Part shown: one piece after another, positions 1-13,700 of the stretch
Position numbering within the stretch: position 1 is the stretch's first letter
Layout of the letters: each line of letters opens with the position of its first letter
NCBI GenBank assembly: GCA_047495785.1
Contig: JBLDXI010000019.1
Coordinates: 2,728,001 to 2,792,000, forward strand
Origin: Lepidodermella squamata
Lineage: Eukaryota; Animalia; Gastrotricha
Direction: 5' to 3'
Length of the DNA: 64,000 bases
The notes under the pieces: generated by a model
Databases searched by the model: none
What the model saw: the letters and a program-made list of their open reading frames with translations, nothing else
Told to the model about the DNA's origin: nothing
Program-made: the position numbers and the translations under genes

Positions 1-767
1 TCAATATTGCTGGAGCTTCTATGTGCATTTTCTACCTTTCTACTGCGAATCTTATCATCAAAAGAACAGCTGAGCTGAATTTAATCGAAGCTCGCCGGAG
101 CTCTGCTGTATCTCAGCTAAGTTCTCGGGCTTCTAGCTCGACAGTTGTATGCCCGCAGCAGGATACAAGACGAAGTTCAATTATTATCCCAGGTCAATCT
201 AGAATTTCGATTCCGAGTAAATTCTCTTCGTCCAACTTGTTGGTCCCTGGGTCCCAGGAAGAAAATTGCTGTTCTCTCACAAAATCGGCGGTGAAGGAGT
301 TTTATTGTCTAATACCTGTTTCAGTTGTCATTTTCGTAGTGGTCGCATGGCTATGTACATCTTCGTATGCTATCAACACCAGATCTACCGGCGTGAATTT
401 CGATGAGTCAGAAGACTACTATTTTGAGGTCACCTGGAAAATCTGTGCCCCAGGACCAATTAATGCTTACTGGCTCGCGGCAATCAGCTCAATCCTTGCT
501 GTAAGCTGTTTAGTGAGCCTCGTCTTTGTTTATCAAACATGGCGTCGAAGATTCCCCCAGGCAGCTATTCAAAGGGAAGTAAGACTAGTGCAACTGAGCT
601 CCATCAACTCTGCAATGATGTTTGCTCTCGGAGCGGTTTGTGTGACAATTTTGGACGCAAGCCGAGAATCATTGGTCAACAATACTCTGCTGCACAACGG
701 GGTCGAGGCGAGTTTTCTTTTACTGCAGTCCTTTTCATCAGCAATTATTAGATTTTTTAAAAAGTAG
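1..767 (+). CDS. 3' part (TM3-TM7) of a GABA-B-like class C GPCR (C0); gene starts before the window
   Basis: Hydrophobic helices with a long Ser-rich ICL2, then 'VVVAWLCTSS', ECL2 'FDESEDYYFEVTWKIC' and stop shortly after TM7. Same layout as the 7TM halves of the receptors at 48-61 kb. Confidence 0.7.
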   Translation, partial: NIAGASMCIFYLSTANLIIKRTAELNLIEARRSSAVSQLSSRASSSTVVCPQQDTRRSSIIIPGQSRISIPSKFSSSNLLVPGSQEENCCSLTKSAVKEFYCLIPVSVVIFVVVAWLCTSSYAINTRSTGVNFDESEDYYFEVTWKICAPGPINAYWLAAISSILAVSCLVSLVFVYQTWRRRFPQAAIQREVRLVQLSSINSAMMFALGAVCVTILDASRESLVNNTLLHNGVEASFLLLQSFSSAIIRFFKK

Positions 768-853
768 AGGATATCGTCAACACCGCCGAAAATGTCGCAT
801 TTTTAATGCTACTAATTGGTCGTAATAATAAAATCTTGTTATGCCAAAGTAGC

Positions 854-2320
854 CTATTCAGAGGTAAGCATCAGGTTGAAGTAAACCACATCGGAAACAA
901 TCAACACAGATGCTAGTAAAGCTGCAGCGATTATGTCTCCGATTCGAATAACACTGAATTTGTGGCCTTTGAACTTGTACGATGCTGTATGTTTCGAGAA
1001 AGGCAGGACAGCTAGAGTGTAGACAGTCAACAAGACACCTGCTACGTATTTGATGACGACCATCATGACGAGATAGACCGTCTCTGAAGTTCGCGGTATG
1101 TTCGAAAATATCAGCGTCAATAGGAATGAGTTTGCGATTACTGTTGACATTGCAAATGTGGCTCTAAAAAGTTAAAATCAAATTACGAAATTAGCTTTCA
1201 GGGCTGAAACAATGGGCATCAAATATTCAGAACGCCAGACAAATTTCAAAGGGCTAGCGATTTTTCATTTTTTCCGCAATTTAAATCTACGCTGGCCCCA
1301 GAATGGCGTAACTATCTTCCTCAATTGTATCATCAACTCTTGAAGGCACACTGCCATTATATACCTGTCTGAACGTCTTGGCGGCATGAGGAGACTCGAG
1401 AATTGCAGGATCGATGTTCCATAGCTAGGGACCATGACACTGGCGACAAAGTAATTGTACTTCCTCTTAAAGCGTATTCGTAAGTATATGTAGGCATAAC
1501 TATTTGTTGACTCGTTAACATTTATGACTTCGTGATCAAAGGCAGACTGGTTGGAGGTCCGTTTGTTTCTATCGACATCCTGGTCCTCGACTTTCCCATC
1601 CAACTCCCAGATGTCTGTTTGACCCAGGAATGTGTTTCGTACGGACTGATCTATGTTGAAGTCGAGAATGTTGAACTGCAAATATATGGCCTCATCCTCA
1701 GTCGACAAGACAATGGTACACGAGAGTTTATCAAAAGGGAAGAATTTGAACGCAAATGAATCGCAAACAGTGTCGATTCGCCTGAAAAGTCCAAGAAATG
1801 CTGACGGTCCGGTGGAACCCAAACCAAACGGGTAGATGTACACATTATCACCGCTTTCGTATGATTCAAGTGGCCTTGGATTACGATATGCATTGTAATG
1901 TGTCACGTAAGGCTGCCAGATAGTTTGAGCGTTCATTTGAAAATGAACAAAAGGCTGCTCATCAACACTCAAGTCGCACATTTTGTTGTCTTCAACGTTC
2001 TCAAGACCAAAATCCGAGCAGTTTGTAACACGTGAGCATGGGTACTCCCATTCAAAGGTGAAATATATGAAGGAGGAGAATCGTTGCTCCAAGTCGCTGA
2101 TTTCGATGAAGCGAAAAAATAAAGCCGTCGTGTTGACTACCAAAGGGCTTTTGTAGCCATTTTTCGCTACGACTTCGCTAGGCAGGCTTATCGATGATAC
2201 AGCCGGGCACCATTTCAAAAATGCGATGTGAAGCTCAGAACTCATAGCCCTTTCGACAGAAACAGTGTTGCTAAAGATCGGAATCATGGAAAAGTAAGTT
2301 AGGAACAACATAAGTGCCAT
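854..2320 (-). CDS. Divergent Cys-loop ligand-gated ion channel, family A1 (exons 2320-1365, 1163-854)
   Basis: Signal peptide, IWQP loop A, Cys-loop CDSFAFKFFPFDKLSC, pre-M1 RFKRK, M1 to PPRRSDR. Phase-2 GT-AG intron 1164-1364 joins R-ATFAMSTVIANS (M2), then M3 and M4. Confidence 0.9.
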
Positions 2321-2553
2321 CGCTGATATAACTCAAGATAGCGTTATAAGAGAATATTATTAGTACGCCCGATGCAATTTATTTTGAAGCTTTGTTTGCT
2401 TTTAATTTTTTTTCGACTGTCTGCACGCATTAACTACAAGAAATCATTTTTGATTGGAAAGTGAATTGCTAGCGGTTCTAGTAAGTACTCTCATCCCAGT
2501 GGTTGATTTTCATCAAAAAAAGAAATAGGAGAAAGAAGTTGAGATATTTAAGT

Positions 2554-3880
2554 TCAAGCGCTAAGCATTAGGTTGAAATAAATTATATCCGATACAATCA
2601 CTGTGGTGGCAAGTAAAGATGCAGCGATCAGGTCCACGATTCGAATAACACTGACATGACGACCGTTGAACTTGCAGGTTGGCGCATGTTTTGCGAATGG
2701 CAGGACAGCCAGCGTGTAGACGGTCAGCAAAACACCTGCAACGTATTTGATGACGACACTGATGACAAGGTAGACGGTCTCTGAAGTTCGCGGGATGTTT
2801 GAAAATACCAAGGCGAGTAGGAACGAGTTTGCGAGCACCGTTGTCATGGCGAAAGATGCTCTGGGTGGTAAATAATATTCAATAGAAAAGGTAACAAATT
2901 CATTTCAGAGCATACCGGTCTGAAAGTTTCGGCGGCATGAGGAGACACGCGATTTGGAGTATCCATGTCCCGTAGTTCGGCATCATTACACTAGCGACAA
3001 AGTAGTTGTATTTCCTCTTGAAGCGAATTCGAAGGTATATGTAGGCATAACTATTTGTCGATTCGTTAACATTGATGACAACCGAATCGAAGGCAGGCTG
3101 TGAACTGTTTCTCATCTCCTGCTTGTCTTCAATACCATCGTATTCTGGAATGTACCCATCCAACTCCCAGATATCAGTTAGACCCAGAAAACTGTCTCTT
3201 GCAGATCTATCAATGTTGAAGTACTGCATGTTGAACTGCAGATAGCTAGCCTCGTCCTCAGTTGACAAAACTATGGTACAGGATAGTTTGTCGAATGGGA
3301 AGTATTTGAATGCAAATGAATCGCATGAGGTGTCTATCCGTCGATAAAGACCAATAAATGCTGACGGTCCTGTGTCGTCCCAACCAAACGGATATATGTA
3401 AACATTGTCTCCGCTTTCGTAGGATTCCAGAGGCCTTGGACTACGATAGGCATTGTAGTGAGTTAAATAGGGCTGCCAGATAGTTTGGGCGTTTATCTGA
3501 AAATGGACCAACCTCTGATCTTCAGCACCTAATTTGCATATTTCGTTTCCTTCAGGGTTCTCAAGCCCGAAAGCCGAGCAGTTGGATATCCGCGAGCAAG
3601 GGTACTCCCATTTGAATGTGAAATACATGAAGGAAGAGAATCGTTGATCCAAATCGCTGATTTCGATGAAACGAAATAATAAAGCCGTCGTGTTAACTAC
3701 CAAAGGGATTTTGTAGCCATTTTTCGCAACGACTTCGCTCGGTAGACTTATCGATGATACAGCCGGGCACCATTTCAAAAATGCGCCCTGTACCTCGGAG
3801 CTCATAGCCCTTTCAACTCCAGCATGGCAGTTATAAGGCATGGCAACGAAAATAGAACTTAAGAATACCAGAAAAGTCAT
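2554..3880 (-). CDS. Cys-loop channel family A2 (exons 3880-2916, 2860-2554)
   Basis: Same motifs as A1; 55-nt GT-AG intron 2861-2915; M2 RASFAMTTVLANS. Confidence 0.9.
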
Positions 3881-4539
3881 CTCTTTCCTATCAAAAGCCG
3901 ACAGCTTTGCTAATTGCTAATGAATTAGATGCGTGGTGCATATTATGCAAGTATTGTTTGCCTTTCAGTTTCCTGTGTACTATCGATTTCAAGGTGTCAG
4001 TGTGCATTAACGGGAAAGAGAATCATCGATTTTGATGAAAAGTGCATCTTTTTTTAGGTCGAATACCTGGGTCAAAGAGATCAAAACGGCAGCAACGTGG
4101 TATCCACTTGGTATACAGTGGATTGTACAGGCCCCGCAACACCATTATACCTTGATCAGATTTGTAAGTTGTAGGCCATCTGCTCTTTCTGCAGCTTGCC
4201 GTTGCTGATCCCCCCGCAGCTAGGCCAGACAGGAATTTTAGCCTGCTGCTTCGTTAATTTTGAGAGGTTTTGGAGCGTGCTTAAGTGGAAAATCATCAAC
4301 ATGCTTTTCGCTCCGCTCGTTTCTTGGCTGGAACTGGAATCTTGAGTCATTCTGGCAGTACAGCAAAAATTGTTCGAATTCCTGCAGCTCCAGGATTCAA
4401 GATCGCAACCTGACGCGTTGACACCAATACTTTAATTCACCTAGCATGAAAAGGCCTAATCTTACAAGACATTTATCGAAGCGCTAAAGTAATAATAATT
4501 ATAAATAATTAATCCGAATTTACACGCATGGGCTCCGAG

Positions 4540-4706
4540 CAGTGTGCGAAGTAGGATCCGGGAGCTGAGATGTTTTCTACTTGTTTTCCAGGACCCAGCC
4601 GAGGAAACCAAAAGGGTCCCCCCTGTGGATTTTTCAGCCTTCCTCTGGTTAAAGTCCCGGAGCTGGGGTGTCGCGACACCCCAGCACCCCTGTACTTCGC
4701 ACCCTG
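4540..4706. mobile_element. hAT-like non-autonomous element (MITE)
   Basis: 14-bp TIRs CAGTGTGCGAAGTA / revcomp CAGGGTGCGAAGTA (1 mismatch); flanking 8-mers gctccgag / gctaagag (6/8 match, decayed TSD). Confidence 0.6.
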
Positions 4707-5278
4707 GCTAAGAGATTCGGATACTTCCTGCGAACAGAAGCGCCGCCGGAAATTTTTATAAATCCAGCGTTATCAATCTCGGTCGTTGATATGAAAAATA
4801 CTGATAAGAGATAAGGCAATGTTGAACAATTGAATTGGTCACCGTAATGAAAGCTACACTCCGAATGAGGGTGCGATGCTAAATTTTGTAGCGTGATAAC
4901 TCATAGGGCAGCCTTTTACCTCATCGACAAACGGCATTTGCATTAGCATGAAACGAGCAAATAGCGAACAATTAAAAGACTAAAAATAGTTATTTCTGGC
5001 ATTCATTCATTGCACGTCTCCCCGCCTCTGCAACATTGACTCGCATAATTGACAAGTTCAACCGCCAAACCCGCCCCAAAATATCTCTCATTCTTCATAC
5101 AACAGAAACGCCATTAGCTGATGTTGTATTTTGATGCCGAACACGAAATGAGCAAAGGCTTCTTTACCCATATTTGTCATTGATCTTGCCATTTTTCTAT
5201 CGTTCTGTCGTCTTTTAGTCAGGAACAACACGGGTCGACGAGTCGCGTGGCTATTCAGCTGACTGCCGCGACTTCATC

Positions 5279-6991
5279 ATGTCACTAATTGACAACGAGA
5301 ATAAAAAACGTCCCATAATCGATAAAGCGGTGGAATATGAATTCCTATCCGGCGAACCAACCAAAGACGAAGCCATTAAGGTAAACAATTATAACTTGTA
5401 CCATCGTCTACGTATCAGGTTAGCTTTTATAGTTAGGCTTGATTTGCAATGCCCAAATATAATACCCTGTAAACAATTAACACGTTTACAATCAAACGTC
5501 TTAGGTTGCTTGAGCTTCGTTTCTGTCTTAAGCTCTGAAACTTCAGAAACTGACATTGTCAAAATGTGGAATTAGCAATTAGCGCTTATTTTTCAATTGA
5601 TGAAACTTCAATAATTGGTACATTGAAATCCGGGTAATCTTCCGGGACCAGGAAATGAGATTGGGCTAGTAACCTTAGTGAATTGTTTTCGAAGGAATTC
5701 GTGAGATGCGAATTTGAAAATGATGCAACAAGAATGTTACTTTTCAATGCGCTATTAATTTCGAATAATGTAGCCGGTCGACCCCCGTCAAACCAAGAGG
5801 ATGCTGTTAACGTTGCTTCCTTTGTTATTATGCTACCTTATTGATACTTCAGCTTTTGACCTATGATTATTTACACAGGAATTAGTGCGATGCGCAGTTG
5901 AGAATGACAAAGCGAGTTTATCACAGCTGCTGCTATCAAGTGACCGATTTGGGCTGGATGTTAACGGAAAATATTGGGATAACGGAGGAACAGCACTTCA
6001 TGCTGCGGCATCCAAAGGCCATGCTGAAATTATTGAACTGCTGGCTTGCAAATTCCAAGCCGACTTCAACGCGGCAACGATTGGCGGCTGGACGCCATTG
6101 CACTTTGCTGCTTGGAATGGGAAAGCTGACGTCGTGGAACTGCTGGCGGGCAAATTCAAAGCTGACATCAACGCGCCAGCTAAGGATGGCAGGAAGCCAT
6201 TGCACTTTGCTGCTTGGAATGGGAAAGCTGACGTCGTGGAACTGCTGGCGGGCAAATTCAAAGCTGACATCAACGCGCCAGCTAAGGATGGCAGGAAGCC
6301 ATTGCACTTGGCTGCCTGGAATGGGAAAGCTGACGTCGTGGAGCTGCTGGCGGGCAAGTTCAATGCTGACGTAAACGCCGTAGCTGAAAATGGCTGGACA
6401 CCATTGCATAGTGCCGCCTGGAGTGGCCAAGCCGACGTCATTGAACTGCTAGCGGGGAGGTCCAAAGCCGACGTCGAGGCGGCAACTAAGGATGGCTCAA
6501 CACCGTTGCACTTGGCCGCCGAAAATGGCAAAGCTGATGTCATTAAACTCCTGGTGGGCAAGTTCAAAGCTGACGTCAACGCAGTGAATGCGAAAGGAGA
6601 GACATCATTGCACTTGGCCGCCCTATGTGGTGAAGTTGACGTCGTGGAACTGCTGGTGGGAACGTTCAATTCTGACATTAACGCACCAACTAGGGATGGC
6701 TGGACACCATTGCACTGGGCCGCATGGAGTGGCAAAACTGATGTCATTGAGCTGTTGGTGGGCAAGTTCAAAGCTGATGTCAACGCGGAAGATAAGGATG
6801 GCTATACACCACTGATGAGGGCTGTCAATCGGGGAAACCTTGCTGTTGTTGATCTTCTCGTCAATAAATTCAAAGCCGAGACAAAGACTAAGAACAAGAA
6901 GGGACAAACAGCGCTGGATTTGTCTAAACTGGCTGAATCTGAGAAAAATTCTGATGGACAGCGACAAATAATCAAAATCCTTGATGTTTAA
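5279..6991 (+). CDS. Ankyrin-repeat protein, ~10 repeats of 34 aa (exons 5279-5380, 5879-6991)
   Basis: Repeating G-x-TPLHxAAxxGxxDVVELL units. Phase-0 donor AAG|GTAAAC at 5381 and acceptor ACAG| at 5878 join in frame. Confidence 0.85.
6095..6298 (+). repeat. Exact 102-bp tandem duplication (two identical ankyrin repeats)
   Basis: ccattgcactttgctgcttggaatggg...ggatggcaggaag occurs twice back to back. Confidence 0.9.
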
Positions 6992-7801
6992 AATAATCCC
7001 TTGTGCGATAATACCAATTATCAGATTCGTTTCTACTAGCGAGAGAGTTCATTGTACTTCAAACATTTTGGTTTATTGTTTCTGCTGGACTCTGGTTAAA
7101 GTATGAGAGAGCGAGCATGGTGCATGGTTCGCGTCGTCTATCGTTTTCGTTCGTAAAGAGCAGTTCAAACGAACTAGTAGTGGGTCTTTGCAGTTCTTTG
7201 CACAAATCGTTGTAACAATGAACGTAACAATAGATGAAAGCGCCATATTAGGCTGGTTCGGTGCGATAGTGGTTTAGCTCGGTCACCCCCGCCAGGAGTT
7301 CTTGGGATGGTATCCAAGTCCGGACCTATTCATATTTCTGCGCTTTTCATCAGTTCTGCTGCATGTACTATCAGTCTTTAACACTTTCTGAAAGTGTTCT
7401 TTCATGGTCTAAGAATTCTCTTTACCAGAAGTAATCTAATGTGTCTACCTTAGCTATGGCATGTAATTATCACCAATATCACTTTTATTTATCAGTAATA
7501 AGTTTAGCTATTCTTTTTAAATACTCGTGATTTTACTCGTGAGATAATACAAAAAGTAGGCAAAATTAAACATGGGAGATGGGAAGCGGGTAACATAGAA
7601 GAAGAAGGTAAATCAACCTTTGTAGTTCTGCATTAAAAATTTGGATAATTTTCCGATTAAGCAAAAGAAAGCCTGAGAAACCAGATCGCTTACAATCAGT
7701 CCTCTCTTGTGAACAAAAGATGTTTTCAAAAGGTAAAGAACTCAAAAACATGCGAGGCCCTTTGTGAAAGAAAATAGCTCGTCTGCGATTATACTCACAC
7801 T

Positions 7802-9122
7802 TTATGCACTAAGCATTAGGTTGAAGTAAATTATATCAGATACAATCACTGTGGTGGCAAGTAAAGATGCAGCGATCAGGTCCGCGATTCGGATAACACT
7901 GACATGACGACCGTTGAACTTGCAGGTTGGCGCATGTTTTGCAAATGGTAGGACAGCCAGCGTGTAGACGGTCAGCAAAACACCTGCGACGTATTTGATG
8001 ACGACACTGATGACGAGATATACCGTCTCTGAAGTTCGCGGGATGTTAGTAAATACCAAGGCGAGTAGGAATGAGTTTGCGAGTACTGTTGTCATGGCGA
8101 AAGATGCTCTGGGTGAAATATTATAGCCGATAAATAAGATTCATCAGTTATTTCTGAGCATACCGGTCTGAAAGTTTTGGCGGCATGAGCAGACACGCGA
8201 TTTGGAGTATCCATGTCCCGTAGTTCGGCATCATTACACTAGCGACAAAGTAGTTGTATTTCCTCTTGAAGCGAATTCGTAAGTAAATGTAAGCATAGCT
8301 ATTTGTCGATTCGTTGACATTGATGACAACCGAATCGAAGGCAGGCTGTGAACTGTGATTTCCAACCACCTGCTTGTTGTCGATGTCATCGTATTCGGGA
8401 ATGTGCCCGTCCAACTCCCAGATATCGGTTTGACCCAGAAAACTGTCTCTTGCAGATCTATCAATGTTGAAGTACTGCATGTTGAACTGCAGATAACTAG
8501 CCTCATCTTCAGTTGACAAAACTATGGTACAGGATAGTTTGTCGAATGGGAAGTATTTGAATGCAAATGAATCGCATGAGGTGTCTATCCGTCGATAATA
8601 GCCGATGAAAGCTGACGGTCCAGCGTCGTCCCAACCAAACGGATAGATGTATACATTGTCTCCGCTTTCGTAAGATTCCAGAGGCCTTGGATTACGATAG
8701 GCATTGTAATGCGTCATGTAAGGCTGCCAGATAGTTTGGGCATTTATTTGAAAATGGAACAACTTCTGATCGTCAGCGCTCAATTTGCAGATCTCGTTTC
8801 CTTCAGGGTTCTCAAGGCCGAAATCCGAGCAGTTTGATACCCGCGAGCATGGGTACCTCCATTTGAAGGTGAAATACATGAAGGATGAAAATCGTTGATC
8901 CAAATCGCTGATTTCGATGAAACGAAATAATAGAGCCGTCGTGTTTACTATTAACGGCTTTTTGTAGCCATTTTTTGCTACGACTTCGCTAGGCAGGCTT
9001 ATCGATGATACAGCCGGGCACCATTTCAAAAATGCGCTCTGAATCTCAGAGCTCATAGCTCGTTCAACCTCGGCATGGCAATGGACAATGAAAAGAGAAA
9101 TTAGGAATACCAGAAAAGTCAT
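7802..9122 (-). CDS. Cys-loop channel family A3, recent paralog of A2 (exons 9122-8164, 8108-7802)
   Basis: Near-identical to A2 including ~180 bp of upstream DNA; 55-nt intron 8109-8163. Confidence 0.9.
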
Positions 9123-9975
9123 CGCTATCCTACCGAAAGATAACAAGGTTGGCTAATGAATTAGATGCGTGATGCAAATTATGCTAATATTATCTGCCAG
9201 TTTTCCTGTTTCCTGTGTACCATCGATTTCAAGGTGTCAGTTCGTATTAACGGGAAAGGAATTCATCGATTTTAATATAAAGTTCATATTTTTGAGGTCG
9301 AAGTGATCATAAATAAAAGCAATGTGGAATCCATTCGTATAGATAAACGCAGTGGTGTGTACATATTACATTTGATGAACAAGGGTTTGATACAGCCCTC
9401 GCAGCTTGCAGCGGTACCATCTTGCTGACACGAATGAACGAGTATGCAAGCAAGTGAGCATTTGGCGGCGCTGCGTGACCTATAAAAATCCTTAGTGATA
9501 GTAATGTGTACTCTCAACTGCGTTTGTATAATAATAACTTGCCTATGATGTTTGAATTTGACGGGTGATTTTTACCAGCGATCATGGGAAAAGAATGACG
9601 ACGATATGATGGCCAGCCAGCGCTAATACCAGCCAAGTGAAGAATACTGCACATTGCTTTAACTCATTAATTCCCATTTAACTCGAAATGGTAAGAAAAA
9701 TGCGAACATTCAAAATTAAGAGTTGAAAGTTCGCCCAGTTGTTAACTTGCATAGCCTATGTTGAGGCATCATTTTGCATTATTTTCCACTCGGTTTGTAC
9801 TATTAGTGCTTTAAGTGGATAAATAAAGTAAAAAACGTAATTATGATTTTTATTTCACGCTTCACATTTCGTTACTCATGAGCTCCCGCGGGGACTATTC
9901 TCAGGCAGAAAAAGTGAAATTATGGTCCCAGCGAGGGTCGATACGTCTTAGAATAAAGAATCAAAAACCTATAAT

Positions 9976-11268
9976 TTACTTCATAAATGAAAAATAAGTT
10001 ATATCTGCTATTATAACAACGAAGGCAACAGCGAGACCTATCACTGCATCTGCATGGCGTAAGATATGGAAAGGTATCTCTCTGCTTCCTATTTTGAAAT
10101 GCCGATCCACCTTCGCATAAGCCGCCAATGAAACGCCACACGAAATGTAAATGTTCAAAATGATGCCGCAAATGTACTTGATAATAATCGTCGAGACAAG
10201 ATAGACTGATTCCGATGTTCTGGGAATGGCCGAAAAAACCAGGCTCAAAAGAACTGAATTAGCTAAAACTGTAGTCATTGCGAACATCGCTCTAAACAAA
10301 ATTGAAAATGATAATATTATTATTAACTAGACTATCAAAAACTTAATTGGGAACCTGTCTGAGGATCCTGGTGGCATGGACAAACATGCGAGTTGAAGAA
10401 TGAATGTCCCGTAAGTAGGGATCAGGATGCTCGAAACGTAGTAGTAATACCTTCTTCTGAATCGAAGGGTAAGGAAGATGTAGGCATAATTCCCAGTCGA
10501 TTCATTGACATGGACGACCTCCCCACTCAAGGCTTCATTCATCGCCCCATCCAAGGCCCAAATGTCATCCTCGCCCAAAAAGCTGTCACTCACCGATTGG
10601 TCCACCGAGAATTGCAGAAGCCGGAAGTCAAGTACATACAAAGGATCCTCCGTTGACAGAATGATACTGCATGATAGTTTGTCGAATGGGAAAACTTTGA
10701 AGTTGAACGAATCACAAATAGTATCTAGCCTCCTGTATTGACCGAAGAAGGCAGATGGCATTATTCCAGCAAGTCCGAAAGGATGAACATAAATCTTATC
10801 CCCATCAAGATGGACCTCGAACGGTTTTTCATTTTGCATAGCGTTGTAGTGAATGAAGCAAGGATGCCAGGTGGTAAAAGCATTCAGGCGAAAATAAAGC
10901 TCGTCTTTCACAGATTTTCGGCTGCTGTTACAAATCCGGTTTTGTTTTTGATTGATCAAACCGAAATCTTCGCATTTTTCAACATTAGGGCAGGGATACG
11001 CCCAGGTTTGGGCGAAGTAGATGAAAGTCGACATTCTTTGGTCTAAATCATTTATTTCGATGACTCGGAACAAAAGGGCTGAGATGTTTACTGTCATAGG
11101 CCTGCGGGTTACGGAAAGCGTGTTGACTTCGCTTGGGAGATCTGTTGATAGCACCGCTGGGCACCATTGCAGGAAAGCATCGCGAACTTGTTGATAGGAG
11201 GAAGGCTCTGCAAAACCTATCCTGCTATTGAATAAGCCAAAAATTAGCGATATGAAAAGGATTAGCAT
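9976..11268 (-). CDS. Cys-loop channel family A4 (exons 11268-10355, 10291-9976)
   Basis: CDSFNFKVFPFDKLSC; PPGSSDR|AMFAMTTVLANS; intron 10292-10354. Confidence 0.88.
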
Positions 11269-11589
11269 GCTGGATAGGAAACTGACTCTCTTTTCAAGTG
11301 CGATTACATCGGAGCAAAAACCTGACAGATGATAGTATTCAGATTTCACCTGAAAGGAAAATCATTGCGTGGTTGATTTTGTAAGTGCAATAATCAGAAT
11401 TTCGAGCTGAAGAGCATCGATTTGACGGCTTTCATATCAGGGCGAAGAGGAAAACAGACATGACCTAATTCATCTGAGTCCCAGCAATTTTATTGCTCCT
11501 ATTGATTGTGAAACACTTTATAACCGCAAGCAGCATTTTTACATAGAAAAAATCACACAAAGAAATCACAAAATGAGATACAGAAGCTG

Positions 11590-12924
11590 TTATGCGTTCG
11601 TCATTATGTTGAAGTAATAAGCATCACTTATCATCACTATCACAATCAAAACTATGGCTAAAACGAGATCCGCCACTCTGATAGGAGACAGTTTCACATT
11701 GGACCCTCTTACAAGATATATAGTCTTCTTCATCCGAGTAAGGTTAACCAAAGGGATTGCAAATAGTGTGTAAATTGTTAGAATTACTCCAGAAATGTAT
11801 TTAATAACGACCATATTGACCAGATAGACAATTTCTGACGTCCGAGGTATGCTCATGAAAACCAGGCTCAACAGAACAGAATTCGCCAGAACAGTCGTCA
11901 TAGCGAAAGACGCTCTAAGAATTAACATGAATAGAACGATTTTTTCCAAATAATTTCGCTATTACCTGTCTGCAAGCTTTGGCGGCATGGCGAGGCAAGC
12001 AATTTGAAGTATGTAAGTCCCGTATGTAGGTAAAATGACGCTCGCGAAGTAGTAATGAAAATTTCGCTTAAAACGCATGGTCAGATAAATGTAAGCATAG
12101 CTATTGGTCGATTCATTGATATAGATCACAGAGCTTTTCATAGCCGGTTTGCCTGGATTCGGAAAATCAATAGGCCCATCGAATTCCCAAACTTCGGTAT
12201 CCTTGAGAAACGAGCTTTTCACAGATTTGTCGACATCGAATGATATAACGTTGAAATCGAGGTAATTCACAGGCTCTTCATTCATTAGTACAATGTCGCA
12301 AGTCAGCGTGTCGAAGGGGAAATTTTTGAATGAGAATGAGTCGCAGGCTGTATTGATTCTCCCGTAGAGGCCGACGAATCCAAATGGTGGCGAACCGTCT
12401 TTGCCAAACGGATGAATAAAGATGTTGTTGACATAGTTGCTGCTCTCGAAGGGTCGTGGGTTGTAGTAGGCTGACATGTGGAAAATGGCTGGAGACCAAA
12501 TTTCCAACGACTTTCTCTGATAATGATAGCGATCCCTGTGATAACCAGGTCCGAGATTGCATAGTCTATTCTTGGTGCTATTCTCCATATCAAGTAAATC
12601 GCACCCAGTTAAGTGAGGGCATGGGTACTCCCATTGTAGCGAGAAAAATAAAAATACTGACAGTCGTTTTTCAAGGTCATCGATTTCGATGAAGCGAAAT
12701 AGCAGCGCGGTTGCGTTAATGATGAGAGGGCTCTTGAAGTTGTTTTGTATCACTACTTCGCTGGGCAGATGTGTGGATGTAACTGGCGCGCACCATTTCT
12801 CAAAAGCGAACTTGAAATCTTCCGACGAGGCGTGTATTTTATGTGCGAATACGAATCCGCAACAGATTCCAGCGAATATTGAGGTTCGAAGGGCAACCTT
12901 GGGTGAGCTCTGCATAGCAAACAT
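11590..12924 (-). CDS. Cys-loop channel family A5 (exons 12924-11966, 11914-11590)
   Basis: CDSFSFKNFPFDTLTC; PPKLADR|ASFAMTTVLANS; 51-nt intron. Confidence 0.88.
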
Positions 12925-13349
12925 TTTACATTTTACCAAAGTTCTGCCTCGCTATATATAAAATAAATGTGTCATCGCCAATGATCGACTATGATATGGA
13001 TGGTACTTGGCAAATATTCTCATTAAGATTTAATCAGTATTCAGCGAAGTAAGTAATAGATGTGCTTGTTGCTTTAGAGGAAATCGATGTAGATAAAAAT
13101 CAATCATGTTGGCTGTTCTCCCGATGCGCGATAATAATTGCTTCCTTAGACGAGAGAGGGGAAATCAACACAGCAGTCATTGTAACATAGTGCAGTGTTA
13201 CACGTATTTCTTGTACTTCAAGTATATTATTGGTATATTCAGACTCAGCTGTTTCTAGAGTGGTTTCTTGTTCTTGTTTTGCGAAGTTTTGACTTTAGAG
13301 CATCCATTCTTTTTCTGGCTTCAAGCTCTTCAAGCACCTCATAATTCTC

Positions 13350-13700
13350 AGGGGGTATTATCGAACTCGGTATTATAAAGCGCACTATAAAAAAGATGCC
13401 TTCGAATTCATCTTACTGATATTTATCCTGGGCTTGATATCAAAGACCGGGGAGTGACATTTGACGTATCTCTACAAAACCAAAAGATGCGGCCACAAAG
13501 GCTTATTTTAGAATTTCATAATTAGTTCGGGTCCATTTCAGGAGTTCCAGTGACAGCAAACCTTAATGAAGCATGAACCTGCGACGATTTTTAGGAACGA
13601 AAATATCAGCAAGAGTTTTAAATTCAGCCCATGTATCTGTGATCGCCAGTCCATATATTGCTTTAGACTTTTTGGATAACGGATGCGGCGATTAATTTAA
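13350..13700 (+). mobile_element. Degenerate LINE (CR1/L2-like) RT remnant
   Basis: Translates to 'DIKDRGVTFD' (~13437-13466), like the KDLGVxFD motif of LINE RTs; many stops; boundaries approximate. Confidence 0.35.

Noticed and set aside
4070-4430. Coding gene at ORF 4156-4350
   Set aside because: Looks like a decayed minus-strand LINE fragment; too degenerate to annotate.
5898-6967. Long alternative-frame and antisense ORFs over the ankyrin gene
   Set aside because: Shadows of a repetitive, stop-poor coding sequence.
7251-7330. tRNA gene
   Set aside because: Only vague A/B-box similarity and no cloverleaf; at most a decayed SINE. The same applies to 26225-26300.
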